From Myxococcales bacterium (lineage in GTDB: Bacteria; Myxococcota_A; Polyangia; Polyangiales; GCA-016699535), in the NCBI GenBank assembly GCA_020633325.1, contig JACKDX010000001.1, positions 1,522,179 through 1,586,178 of the forward strand: 64,000 nucleotides of DNA, read 5' to 3'. The position numbers and the translations under genes are program-made. The notes under the pieces were generated by a model that worked only from the letters and a program-made list of their open reading frames with translations, ran no database searches and was not told the origin of the DNA. Shown one piece after another: positions 7,204 to 16,413 of this stretch. Position 1 is the stretch's first letter; every line of letters starts with the position of its first letter.

Positions 7204-9201
7204 TCATGCCACGGCCACCCGGTCTCTGCCCGCATGTTTGGCGCGATAGAGCGCATCGTCTGCGGCTTGAATCAACGTCTCGGCACTCATCCCGTGTATC
7301 GGATAAGTCGCAAGACCGATGGATGCGGTGACGCGACCGACGGAGCGGCCGATGTGCTGTAGATCTAGGGTGTGGAGTGCGGCTCTGAGTTGCTCGGCCT
7401 TCTGTTGCGCATGCATAACGCCCGAGCCAGGCAGAAGGATGAGAAACTCTTCGCCTCCCATGCGACTGGCAATGTCGCTGCCGCGGGTCTGTGCGTTCAA
7501 GATACCGCCAAGGCTACGGAGCACATGATCGCCCGCAGCGTGCCCGAACCTGTCGTTGAAGTCTTTGAAGTGATCCACGTCCAACATGAGCACGCTAAGC
7601 TCGGACTGCTCGCGTTCTGCGCGACGTATCTCGCGGTCGAGCGTCTCTTCGGTGTAGCGGCGGTTGAAAAGGCCCGTAAGCGGATCGCGGATGGACTGGT
7701 TTCTGAGCGTTTCGCGTAACCGCAGGTTGGCGAGCGCCATGCTGAATTGCTCGCCCACAACGGTGGCGCGGCGCACGATCTCGGGAGGCATTTGGCCGCG
7801 GGACACGAGGTGAAAAATCCCCAAGAGTTCGCCGTGAGCCACGAGAGGCAAACACAGGCTGCTGTAACCGCTGATCGGCTGGGTGATGTGCTTACACAGC
7901 ACATGCACGCCGCCTGCTTCATACATGTGGGGCTGCCCTCGCCTGAGCGACCAGCATTCCTCAGGCCGAAAGGACAGACTGCTCGAAAGTGTTGGGGCAT
8001 CTCCCCACTGGACTTGGCTCTCGACGATGTTCTTCGATGCATGAATGAGGCACATGGCTCCCGACTGTTCTTGGAAGAAATGCGGGCCGAGCTGCGTCAT
8101 CACCTCGTACGATTCCTCGACCGTGCGGCAGGCCTGAAGCATCTCACCCATTTCAAGCAGAAAGGTGATTTCCCTCACACGGGTCTCTTCAGTGCGCCTA
8201 CGCTCCGTGACATCTCTAGAGATGCCGATGAGACCAATCACTTCTTTGTGAGGGCCGCGATAGGGCGCTTTCATCGACAAGTATACGCGCGTCACACCAT
8301 CGACGCGCACGGTCTCCTCAACTGTCTGGGGCTCTGCGGAATGCATGACTGTGAAGTCTTGTGCCATCACGGCGCGCGCTGTTTCGGCGGACATCAATTC
8401 GCGGTCGTCCTTGCCAATGATGTCCATGGGCGCTTTGCCGAGCGCTTGGGCGCCGGCGGAGTTGATCAAGAGGTACTTTCCTTGAAGATCCTTGATGTAA
8501 ATAGTGTCGCTGGTTCCGCCGATGATGGCCTCAAGCAGATTTTTCTTTTCGTTCAGGTCATGCTGCACCAACGCCCGCCATCGAATCTCGCTGTTGAGAC
8601 GAGCAAAGGCGACAAGCAATAATACGATGCTGGCCAGGGTGCCGAATCCAAGCGTCAGCGTGGTACGCTCGGACTGCTGGGCGGTCCTTAGGCTGTGCGT
8701 TTTCAGCCGGTGCGTTTCGATGTTGCTCATTTCTCGGATCAGCGTGCGGATTTGCGACGTCAGGGTCAGTGCCTGAATCGGGACCGTGATATCTTCGGTG
8801 GGATGTTCATACACACTACGCAAATGAGCTTTGAACGTCGCAAGGCGGGCATCGAGCTTGGCTTCAAGAGCATCCAATGCGGTTTTGTGTACGGAGTCGT
8901 GCCGCAGCAGCACGCGTACCCTTTTGAAGGACTGGGAGATATCCCGAAGGGCGGGTCCGTGGGTGCGCAAGAAGCGGGGATCGTGGCTCAAAGCAAAGCC
9001 GCGAAGAGAGCTTTCCGCTTCGGCGACACCGGTCAGGATGCCCTCAAGCTCGTTGATCACGGATAGCGTGTGCACCACGCGCCGAGCGTCGGTCGTATGT
9101 TTGCGGATGTTCTTATAGGAAAACACACCAATCCCAAGCAAGGCGAGGATGGCAATGCTAAGGCCCACGATTGGAATGACGCGCTCATTAGGAAATCTCA
9201 T
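7204..9201 (-). CDS. Sensor diguanylate cyclase (TM, CHASE3-like, TM, PAS, GAF-like, GGDEF)
   Basis: CHASE3-like VVHTLSVINELEGILTGVAEAESSLRGFALSHDPRFL between two hydrophobic segments. PAS-like DTIYIKDLQGKYLLINSA. GGDEF domain with RDPLTGLFNRRY and the active-site motif GGEEF (RMGGEEFLILLPG). Start is ATG 9201 or GTG 9210. Confidence 0.88.
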   Translation of the reverse strand: MRFPNERVIPIVGLSIAILALLGIGVFSYKNIRKHTTDARRVVHTLSVINELEGILTGVAEAESSLRGFALSHDPRFLRTHGPALRDISQSFKRVRVLLRHDSVHKTALDALEAKLDARLATFKAHLRSVYEHPTEDITVPIQALTLTSQIRTLIREMSNIETHRLKTHSLRTAQQSERTTLTLGFGTLASIVLLLVAFARLNSEIRWRALVQHDLNEKKNLLEAIIGGTSDTIYIKDLQGKYLLINSAGAQALGKAPMDIIGKDDRELMSAETARAVMAQDFTVMHSAEPQTVEETVRVDGVTRVYLSMKAPYRGPHKEVIGLIGISRDVTERRRTEETRVREITFLLEMGEMLQACRTVEESYEVMTQLGPHFFQEQSGAMCLIHASKNIVESQVQWGDAPTLSSSLSFRPEECWSLRRGQPHMYEAGGVHVLCKHITQPISGYSSLCLPLVAHGELLGIFHLVSRGQMPPEIVRRATVVGEQFSMALANLRLRETLRNQSIRDPLTGLFNRRYTEETLDREIRRAEREQSELSVLMLDVDHFKDFNDRFGHAAGDHVLRSLGGILNAQTRGSDIASRMGGEEFLILLPGSGVMHAQQKAEQLRAALHTLDLQHIGRSVGRVTASIGLATYPIHGMSAETLIQAADDALYRAKHAGRDRVAVA

Positions 9202-9350
9202 GGTGCACACCTAGTCTACTACAGATGCGCATGAAGGCCGCATGCGGCCAAACCGATGTGATTATGAGGCTCTTGGTATCGAGCCTCGGGTGGGATACCC
9301 AAGTCATTTCAGGTGTAGTAAGGGTGAAATACACCAAAAAGGAGTATCCT

Positions 9351-10661
9351 ATGATGTTATTTGGATATCGACTGCTCGGGTGCACGCTAAGCGTCCTTTT
9401 GTGTTTCGCAGGTGCGTGCTCGGTGGCCACGGACGAGCCGGTCTCTTCGGAAGATGCTCAGGCGCAGCTTCAGGGCCATCTTGCAGTGGTGGCGCAGGTC
9501 CTTCGGCCTGATGCCCGCACCTTTTTTCCATCGTTTACCGGCCACACATACGAAGGCGTCAAGGGTCCTGGCCTCACCGCGCGGTATTACCTGGCTCAAG
9601 GAGCCGTGTTTGCGGTGACGGCGATTTCGGTCATCGACCCAAATCAATCATCCTCAGTGAGCTGCGATGCGGCCGATGTGAATGCGGGGTGCACCACGAT
9701 TGGGTGGATATACGCGATCCCCATGTTCGATGATCGCGAAGCGGCGTTGAGCTCACCTTACGCCGGCGGCTTTTGGCTGCGTGCCGAAGACGTCGTGCTG
9801 GTTCAAGTGGGCAAGGCGTTGGGGGACGTCTTCGATGGGGACCCGACTGTTGTCACCGTCAAAGAGGCTCACGCGCTCATCAGCGGCATAACCGTATTTT
9901 CAGCCACTCAGGGCGAGCCATTGGGCACCAACGCCGCGCCCCAGGGCGGCGAGATGTATAGCCCGCCCAAGGCTGACGGGAGCATGTCACGGGTGGACCA
10001 CAACGACATGTTTTCTCTCACAGTGGGCGCTTCGATCGATCCCCACGACAGCACTGCAAGTTGGGTGGCCCGCGGCACCGACGGGTACATGCTCAAGACC
10101 CATTCCGAGGTGTGTCTAGGGGCTAGTACACCCCAATGCGCCATGTGGACCGGCACCGACGGTGCGGTTATCGGCGCAGGCATATCGGGACAGGCCAAGG
10201 TGGGCGGTGCCTTAGTCATGGTTGCGCTATTAGTGGTGCTCTACGCCTATATTTCTACGCAGCGGCGGCCCGACACCATCTCGGTCGCCACAGGCGTGCC
10301 TCCGATATTGACGCCTGCTCTTGCAGTCACGCTGGCTCCCGCGGCGCCGATTTCCCCGCCGCTGCCGACGGTAGCTCCCCCGCCACCGCCACCTACGGAT
10401 CTGGGCATCAAGGCCTGCTGGCCCCATGAAGATAAAATGTGTCGCTACACCTTCTATCAAAACATTTGGTACTGCTTATGCTTGCGGCCCGAGCAGTTCT
10501 GGACCGAGGGAAGTCAGCAGTGCGGCAGACTAGATTTTTGGCCAGGCACCTGGGCGGATGGCTGCGCGCTACACGCCCCCGCGGGCACGGCCACCGTGGG
10601 GGACGCTTGCTGGTTCCCCCAGGAATGCCCGGGCGGCAAGAGATTTCACAATAGTCTCTGA
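9351..10661 (+). CDS. Lipoprotein with a C-proximal TM helix, a Pro-rich linker and a Cys/Trp-rich terminal domain; function unknown
   Basis: GGAG at 9341-9344 precedes ATG 9351. MMLFGYRLLGCTLSVLLCFAGAC (lipobox). TM GGALVMVALLVVLYAYI. Linker PPLPTVAPPPPPP. Tail KACWPHEDKMCRYTFYQNIWYCLCL...DACWFPQECPGG. Confidence 0.65.
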   Translation: MMLFGYRLLGCTLSVLLCFAGACSVATDEPVSSEDAQAQLQGHLAVVAQVLRPDARTFFPSFTGHTYEGVKGPGLTARYYLAQGAVFAVTAISVIDPNQSSSVSCDAADVNAGCTTIGWIYAIPMFDDREAALSSPYAGGFWLRAEDVVLVQVGKALGDVFDGDPTVVTVKEAHALISGITVFSATQGEPLGTNAAPQGGEMYSPPKADGSMSRVDHNDMFSLTVGASIDPHDSTASWVARGTDGYMLKTHSEVCLGASTPQCAMWTGTDGAVIGAGISGQAKVGGALVMVALLVVLYAYISTQRRPDTISVATGVPPILTPALAVTLAPAAPISPPLPTVAPPPPPPTDLGIKACWPHEDKMCRYTFYQNIWYCLCLRPEQFWTEGSQQCGRLDFWPGTWADGCALHAPAGTATVGDACWFPQECPGGKRFHNSL

Positions 10662-10791
10662 GCTTTGCTCAATGTGTTATTGAAACAACCTCTACAACGG
10701 CACAAAGTTCGGCCCGCGGCCGAGTGTGCCTTGGGATCACGCAAGGACTATGCTAGCCTTCGCGCGCAAGTGAAACACGAAAGGACACGAC

Positions 10792-11457
10792 ATGGGACTT
10801 CGCATCAACGACACGGCTCCTAACTTCACGACGGACTCCACGGCAGGAAAACTGTCACTGTATGACTGGATGGGCGATAGCTACGCCATCGTGTTCTCGC
10901 ATCCCAAGGATTTTACGCCGGTATGCACGACCGAGTTCGGGTCGGTCGCTCAGCTTGCGCCGGAGTTTGCCAAACGGAATACCAAGGTGCTGGGCGTGTC
11001 GGTGGACAGCGTCGAAGACCATCAGAAGTGGAAGCGGGATATCGCTCAGGTGGGGGGTGCTGCGGCTGATTTCCCCATCATCGATGACACCTCGCTCAAT
11101 GTGGCGAAGCTTTATGACATGCTTCCGGCGGATGCCTATCTTCCGGACGGGCGGACGCCGGCGCACAGTGCCACGGTGAGGACTGTCTTCATCATCGGGC
11201 CTGACAAGAAGATTCGTCTCACCATGTCTTATCCGATGTCAGTAGGGCGAAATTTTGCCGAGATCCTACGCGCCCTCGATGCCGTTCAGGCGACCGACGG
11301 TGTGCCATTGGCGACACCTGCCAACTGGGTTCCTGGGGAAGACGTGATCGTGGGACTTGCCCTCGACGATAAGCAAGCGCAGGAAAAGTATGGCACGTTG
11401 ACCATCAAGCTGCCTTACTTGCGCCTCGTCAAAGATCCGAGAGCGAACCGGGCCTAA
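10792..11457 (+). CDS. 1-Cys peroxiredoxin (Prx6-type)
   Basis: FSHPKDFTPVCTTE peroxidatic-Cys motif. Length of about 220 aa and overall Prx6-like sequence (VLGVSVDSVEDHQKW, ATPANWVPGEDVIV). Confidence 0.9.
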   Translation: MGLRINDTAPNFTTDSTAGKLSLYDWMGDSYAIVFSHPKDFTPVCTTEFGSVAQLAPEFAKRNTKVLGVSVDSVEDHQKWKRDIAQVGGAAADFPIIDDTSLNVAKLYDMLPADAYLPDGRTPAHSATVRTVFIIGPDKKIRLTMSYPMSVGRNFAEILRALDAVQATDGVPLATPANWVPGEDVIVGLALDDKQAQEKYGTLTIKLPYLRLVKDPRANRA

Positions 11458-11494
11458 GCACGCGCACTCTTTACGCCGACCATGCGGGCGCCGC

Positions 11495-13192
11495 TTAGAA
11501 GTCGGTGCGCAGCTGACGGGTCCGGCGCGTTTTCGGTGCGGGCGAAGCGGGAGACGGCACGGGTAGAGGGGGTGATGGAGCCACCTTGGCGGGCGCTCGG
11601 GGGGAAGCCCTGATGCGGCTCGGCACGGGCTTCAGATCGAAAACGAGATTGCGATCGATGTCGAAAATGACAATGCGTCGCTGGCTTAAATATCCAGGCT
11701 GTCGCACATCAATCGCCACGGGCTCGAGACTCCGTACCCGATGGGTATCGAGCGGGTTCGGATACTCTTTTCCGTCAATGGTGATGGTCGCTTGTGCGGG
11801 GCGTGCGGAAATGTGCACACGCACTTCGCGTTTGGACTCGGAGGAAGCGCGTTCTACAGCCGCAGACGGAGCTGCTAATGGCGAGGTTGCTTCTGGCGGA
11901 TGCTCCATGCTCGACTGGGCTAACGCTGGGGCCGACGGAATCGGGATATCATTGCGAGCCGGTCTTGCCGGCATCTGGAGAGCCTGAGTTTCAGCGGCGG
12001 ATGACGTCATCGCTGCGTCGAAACGATTTGTTTGATTGCCAAAGACGATGTACGCGCCACCGGCAATCAGGCCCGCGAGGCCGAGGGCGCCCAGCACCCA
12101 CGCGCGGGGTGTCTCGAGGCGTGCGACAAATGGCGCTGGCGCGCCGCCCGGCGCCGCACGGATGAACGAGATGCTCTCGAAATCCTCGTTTGCTTCGGAG
12201 ATGGGCCGATCCGACGTGCGAGGGACGATGGGACGCAATGTGCTAAATGCAGCGGCGCTGAAGTCGGCTTCAGTCGGTTGATGTTCCAAGTTACGAAATG
12301 GCGCGATGGCACGGGCGAGCTCCTCGGCCGAGTTGAAACGCTCAGCGGGGTCTTTGCGGAATGCCTTCATCACGATATCGTTAAACGCGCGGGGGATGTC
12401 CGCCCTGAGTTCGGTGGGCGGGGTGGGGGCCTGCGTCATAATGTTCATGATGAGATCGGGAAGCGTCTCACCATCGAACGGTACGCGCCCAATCAACGCC
12501 AAATACATGATCACGCCGAGGGCATAGATATCCGCCCGATGATCCGTATTACGCAGGCCCTTGGATTGTTCAGGAGCCATGTAATGGGGCGTTCCAATCA
12601 GTGCGCCGGTGCGGGTCAAGCTACCCAATAGATTGTCGGCGGCTTCCCCGACCTTCGAGACGCCGAAATCGAGGATTTTGACGAAATCCGGGTTTCCCTT
12701 GCGAGCGATCAATAGGATGTTCTGGGGCTTGAGGTCACGATGCACGACGTTTTGGGCGTGAATCGCCGTGAGTGCTTCGCAGACCTGTTCCACGATGCGT
12801 ACCACCCGGCCAATGGCGAGCGGGCCCTCGAACTCGATCACGTCGGCAAGCTCTCGTCCCTCAAGGTATTCCATGAGCATATAAGGACAGCCGTCCGGCA
12901 GGACTCCGACGTCGAATACTTCCACGATGTGGTCGTTGCGCACCTTCGTGGCTGTGTGAGCCTCACGCGTGAAACGTTCGACCGCTTTGGGATCTCTTGA
13001 GAACTGAGGATGAAGGCATTTGATCGCCAGCCGTTTGCCGATTTTCTCATGGTGAACTTCATACACTTCACCCATGCCGCCTTCGCCTAGCTTGCGAACG
13101 ATGCGGTAACGATCTTGCAGCACCATCCCGGTGCGATCGGGCGGCAACATCGGCACCGAATCATGGTGCATTCTGGTGGGTGGTATTTGCAC
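11495..13192 (-). CDS. Hanks-type Ser/Thr protein kinase with TM segment and C-terminal PEGA domain
   Basis: GEGGMGEVYEV, AIK, HRDLKPQNILL, DFG, TPHYMAPE. TM WVLGALGLAGLIAGGAYIVF. PEGA-like VRVHISARPAQATITIDGKEY...VRQPGY. Confidence 0.92.
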   Translation of the reverse strand: MQIPPTRMHHDSVPMLPPDRTGMVLQDRYRIVRKLGEGGMGEVYEVHHEKIGKRLAIKCLHPQFSRDPKAVERFTREAHTATKVRNDHIVEVFDVGVLPDGCPYMLMEYLEGRELADVIEFEGPLAIGRVVRIVEQVCEALTAIHAQNVVHRDLKPQNILLIARKGNPDFVKILDFGVSKVGEAADNLLGSLTRTGALIGTPHYMAPEQSKGLRNTDHRADIYALGVIMYLALIGRVPFDGETLPDLIMNIMTQAPTPPTELRADIPRAFNDIVMKAFRKDPAERFNSAEELARAIAPFRNLEHQPTEADFSAAAFSTLRPIVPRTSDRPISEANEDFESISFIRAAPGGAPAPFVARLETPRAWVLGALGLAGLIAGGAYIVFGNQTNRFDAAMTSSAAETQALQMPARPARNDIPIPSAPALAQSSMEHPPEATSPLAAPSAAVERASSESKREVRVHISARPAQATITIDGKEYPNPLDTHRVRSLEPVAIDVRQPGYLSQRRIVIFDIDRNLVFDLKPVPSRIRASPRAPAKVAPSPPLPVPSPASPAPKTRRTRQLRTDF

Positions 13193-13317
13193 CGCGTAGT
13201 TAGTTTAGCAAAGCAATCTCATGTAGCACATAAAACTTGCGATCTATCTTACGGTAAAGATAGGACAATTGCCTACATGGTGGGTGCGGAGATCACTTGC
13301 AGAAGGGCTATTGCACG

Positions 13318-13351
13318 CAAAACGGGAGCCAGGCTGAACACCTGACTCCCG
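13318..13351 (-). terminator. Rho-independent terminator of the ECF sigma / anti-sigma / Spy-like operon
   Basis: On the minus strand: CGGGAGUCAGG-UGUUCAG-CCUGGCUCCCG. This is an 11-bp stem with one G-U pair and a 7-nt loop, followed by UUUUG. It lies 39 nt downstream of the stop at 13390. Confidence 0.7.
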
Positions 13352-13389
13352 CCGTGCATCGGAATGCTTTCTTCCGCTTGGGTAGTCCG

Positions 13390-14067
13390 TTACTTCGCAG
13401 GGGCGGGGCCAGGGCCTGTGGTGGGCCCAATCTTTCCTGGAGCGACGCGGCGTCCCTGAACCGGCACCGGTTGTTTTGAAGCGCCCGGGCTTCTTCGCGG
13501 AGGAGGCAGCATGATTCCCCCCGGCGTTGCCGGCTTGGGCCGAGCGCAGCGTCCGCACTGTCCGGCTTTGGCCTGGCAACAGCCTTCTTTTGCGCAACAC
13601 TTCTTGCCGAAGTGCTTCATGTTGCCGAGGGACATGAGAAGGAGTGCTTGCTCTTTGGGTGATAGCTCAGCAGCGATGCGATTCCATTCGCGCTCTTTGA
13701 GCGAGTGAAGCTGCTTGAACGCTGCGCGCTGCTTGTTTACCTGGGCACGATAGGCTTTTTCATCGGTGCTCTTGCTGTCCAAGAGCGCGCGCGTCTGATG
13801 GCGGGCGTCATTCATTTGTGTGCGATACTTCAGATGCTCGGCATCGAAGGACGCCAGGCTTTTTTCGAGCTTCGCTGCGCGTGTTTCGTCGAGGCCCACT
13901 TGCTCACGCAGCATTTTGCCTCGCATTTCTTTAATATGTGCGAGCTTTTGCTCAGGAGTCCATTCCGGACGTGCATCAGAAGGCGGCGTCTCGGCCAGAC
14001 CCACCACGGGCGTCAAAGCGAGAGCGCCCAGTGACAGCAGAAAACCGAGCGTTGTTTTTCGTATCAT
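13390..14067 (-). CDS. Periplasmic Spy/CpxP-like helical protein with a Cys-rich, basic C-terminal tail
   Basis: Signal peptide MIRKTTLGFLLSLGALALTPVVGLA. Helical repeats with LSPKEQ / TPEQK motifs typical of the CpxP/Spy/ZraP family. Tail KKCCAKEGCCQAKAGQCGRCARPK. GAGG lies 7 nt upstream of ATG 14067 (alternative ATG at 14073). Confidence 0.5.
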   Translation of the reverse strand: MIRKTTLGFLLSLGALALTPVVGLAETPPSDARPEWTPEQKLAHIKEMRGKMLREQVGLDETRAAKLEKSLASFDAEHLKYRTQMNDARHQTRALLDSKSTDEKAYRAQVNKQRAAFKQLHSLKEREWNRIAAELSPKEQALLLMSLGNMKHFGKKCCAKEGCCQAKAGQCGRCARPKPATPGGIMLPPPRRSPGASKQPVPVQGRRVAPGKIGPTTGPGPAPAK

Positions 14068-14132
14068 ATGCATACCTCATTCCCTTTCTCTAGTGTGAAT
14101 GCCTCCGGGGAGGCAAATGTTAACGTGGAATC

Positions 14133-14552
14133 TTACTCAAGCTCCGAATAACTCGCATAAAGCACCTCTACTTCGTCGGTCTCCAAGGCATGCAAAAGAT
14201 CCAGCCCGAGGGCATCGTCATCGTCGAGCCAGTCTTCGGTGGTGGTTTGCACCAAATCGGCGGCAACGGAGAGAGCGGTCATGTCATGTGCGTGAGGGGG
14301 GGCGGGCTCTAAAACCGTCGCCACTGCCGCCGCATCGGGCGCGGCATTGCTGGCGTAATAACATAGCGTTGCCATCCCCGCCATGGCGCCCAGGCCTGTA
14401 AGGAGATAGCCAGGGAGTGCAAAGCGAGAACGTCGCGGAACCACTGCCGAGAAGCGGGCCATGGCCGAAAGCGCGTCTGTATCGGGGACGAGCGCCGTCT
14501 TGTCGAACTGTTCAGCGAGCCAGCGTTCGGATGGGCTTGGTGATGGGCACAT
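14133..14552 (-). CDS. Putative single-pass membrane anti-sigma factor
   Basis: Strong SD (AGGAGGA) lies 5-6 nt upstream of ATG 14552. The start overlaps the sigma gene 3' end by 41 nt. One TM (LPGYLLTGLGAMAGMATLCYY) and an acidic C-terminus. The call rests on position after an ECF sigma; no zinc-binding anti-sigma motif was seen. Confidence 0.45.
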   Translation of the reverse strand: MCPSPSPSERWLAEQFDKTALVPDTDALSAMARFSAVVPRRSRFALPGYLLTGLGAMAGMATLCYYASNAAPDAAAVATVLEPAPPHAHDMTALSVAADLVQTTTEDWLDDDDALGLDLLHALETDEVEVLYASYSELE

Positions 14553-15105
14553 AACTTTCCTCCTGTTCGGTCGTGGCAAGCATCTGGGCTATACGTTTGG
14601 TGGCCTTGTGGATTAACACGCGCACCGACGCTTCAGAGCTGCTCAATGCGTGGGCGATTTCTGCATGGCTTAGGTTTACATCGAGACGGAGCAATAGCGC
14701 CTGGCGCTGTTTGGCCGGAAGGCTGGCGATAGCCCCGCGCAGTTGGGCGGCCATAAGCTTCGCCTCATAGCAATGCGCCGGATCCGGTTCGGGCTCTGAC
14801 AGCGTTTGTGACATCGCTTCGCGCCCCCGGCGACGAAACGCCGAGCGATGAATGCTATGAGATTTCTTGACCACGATGCCCGCCAAGTAGGCCTTGAACG
14901 ACGCTTGCGGTTGAAAACGGCGGAGTTTTTGATAGGCGATGATGAGGACTTCTTGAACAATGTCGTCCGCAAGTGCGCGATCGGCCGCATGGCGCCCGGC
15001 GATGCGATACAATAACGGCAAATGCGGCTCGATGAGCTGCCGATAGGCGAGGCCATCGCCCGCAATGGCGCGCGCGAGTAAGCTGGCTTCTTGGGGATGA
15101 CTCAT
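14512..15105 (-). CDS. ECF-type RNA polymerase sigma factor (sigma-70 family group 4)
   Basis: Region 2 (ADRALADDIVQEVLIIAYQKLRRF) and region 4 HTH (LPAKQRQALLLRLDVNLSHAEIAHALSSSEASVRVLIHKATKRI). ATG at 15105 (MSHPQEASLL). Confidence 0.88.
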   Translation of the reverse strand: MSHPQEASLLARAIAGDGLAYRQLIEPHLPLLYRIAGRHAADRALADDIVQEVLIIAYQKLRRFQPQASFKAYLAGIVVKKSHSIHRSAFRRRGREAMSQTLSEPEPDPAHCYEAKLMAAQLRGAIASLPAKQRQALLLRLDVNLSHAEIAHALSSSEASVRVLIHKATKRIAQMLATTEQEESYVPITKPIRTLAR

Positions 15106-15191
15106 GGTTATCCGTTGGACTACCCCAAAGAAACAAGTATTCACACTCTCTATATGCCGCCTGCGGATGAAAAATTAACGCTCGAGACAAA

Positions 15192-16358
15192 TTATAGGAG
15201 GGAGACCAACCAACTCGCTCCCACAAATGCCCCAGCGGCGGCCCCAATGGATGAGAATATCACCACAAGTAGTACACGTGTGACGCGGTTTTGATACCAG
15301 TCTTTGAGAGTGCTGACATACTGAATATTTTCGCAGTCTTCGATAGTGGGGCGTCTGAGGGCCGCTTCAATCGGGCCGGTCACCATACCGACGCCGATGG
15401 CGGGATTGAGCGTGGTCAAGGGGGAAGAAAAAAAAGCCGCCACCACAGTCCATGCACGCGCCCCAGCACCGATAGTCATTAACGCTGCTCCTACGCTGGT
15501 CGGCAGGCACCAGGCCAAAAGCATGGCCCCAAGCGTTTGCCCTGCATGCTTCTGGTAGCCCCAGATGAAACTGGCCAGCACGAGGGCAGGAATAAGCCAT
15601 GCGAGCACCGTGGCCCATATGGACGGGGGCGGGATCACCTGCAGCGCCTTGCGGTCGACCGATTCGCCGAGATGGTTCACCATGCCTTCGACGTGTCCTG
15701 CGCCCACAACGGCCACGATGGTTTGGCCGGGAGCTTCCTGAATCGTGCTCATCATGTATTGGTCACGTTCATCGATCAATGGCACCTTAACTTCTGGCAT
15801 CGTCCGGGCAAACTCCGCCATGGCATCGTTGAGCACATCGCGGTCCTTTAGTTTTTCGATTTCTTCTTCGCTCACATCCTTGGCGGAGAAAAAGGCTCCC
15901 GTCATCACTGAGATCAGTTGAGATTTTTTCCAAAGAGAGAGGTTGGCCCAGGTGCGTTTCAGTGTGGCTTGGATATCGCGATCCGCGAGCACCAGTTCAA
16001 GGCCATGTTCGTGGGCTTTCTCAATAGCTGCGATCAGCTCCGCGCCGGGCCGCACGCCCAACAGATCGCCGAGACGCCGCTGATAGGCTGATAGAACGAG
16101 ATTGGCAATCAGAAACAACACCTTCTTCTCGCGAATGATTTGGAAGAGATCAAGACGACGCCATCGGTGGGTGTCGATCAACGTTTGGTAGCGCAAATCG
16201 TCCAGCTCCACGCACACCGTATCGGGCATCACCGTGTCGATCACGTGCTTGACCTCTTCGACGCTGCGCTTGGAGACGTGCGCCGTGCCGACGATATAAA
16301 TGGTCTTATCGCGATACGAGAGCCTTCTGACAGTCTGGGGAAATTCGTGTGATGACAT
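15192..16358 (-). CDS. TraB/PrgY (GumN-like) family protein with C-terminal TM helices
   Basis: KTIYIVGTAHVSKRSVEEVKHVIDTVMPDTVCVELD and IVAVVGAGHVEGM motifs. ORF 15192..16853 trimmed to ATG 16358 (MSSHEFPQ), because its upstream extension overlaps greA on the other strand. Confidence 0.8.
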   Translation of the reverse strand: MSSHEFPQTVRRLSYRDKTIYIVGTAHVSKRSVEEVKHVIDTVMPDTVCVELDDLRYQTLIDTHRWRRLDLFQIIREKKVLFLIANLVLSAYQRRLGDLLGVRPGAELIAAIEKAHEHGLELVLADRDIQATLKRTWANLSLWKKSQLISVMTGAFFSAKDVSEEEIEKLKDRDVLNDAMAEFARTMPEVKVPLIDERDQYMMSTIQEAPGQTIVAVVGAGHVEGMVNHLGESVDRKALQVIPPPSIWATVLAWLIPALVLASFIWGYQKHAGQTLGAMLLAWCLPTSVGAALMTIGAGARAWTVVAAFFSSPLTTLNPAIGVGMVTGPIEAALRRPTIEDCENIQYVSTLKDWYQNRVTRVLLVVIFSSIGAAAGAFVGASWLVSLL

Positions 16359-16413
16359 GGTTGCGGCTGCGACTATTGCATGCAGGGAGCCAGCAGTGTA
16401 GAGGTAAGAGTTC

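Noticed and set aside
6431-7331. Long plus-strand ORFs 6431..7120 and 6636..7331 (229-231 aa).
   Set aside because: Their Arg/Pro-rich translations are typical of wrong-frame reading of GC-rich DNA. They overlap the Gly/Ser-rich lipoprotein gene and the diguanylate cyclase 3' end.
10709-10723. GC-rich hairpin TCGGCC-CGC-GGCCGA between the lipoprotein gene and the peroxiredoxin gene.
   Set aside because: The stem is only 6 bp with a 3-nt loop and no following T-run, so the evidence for a terminator is weak.
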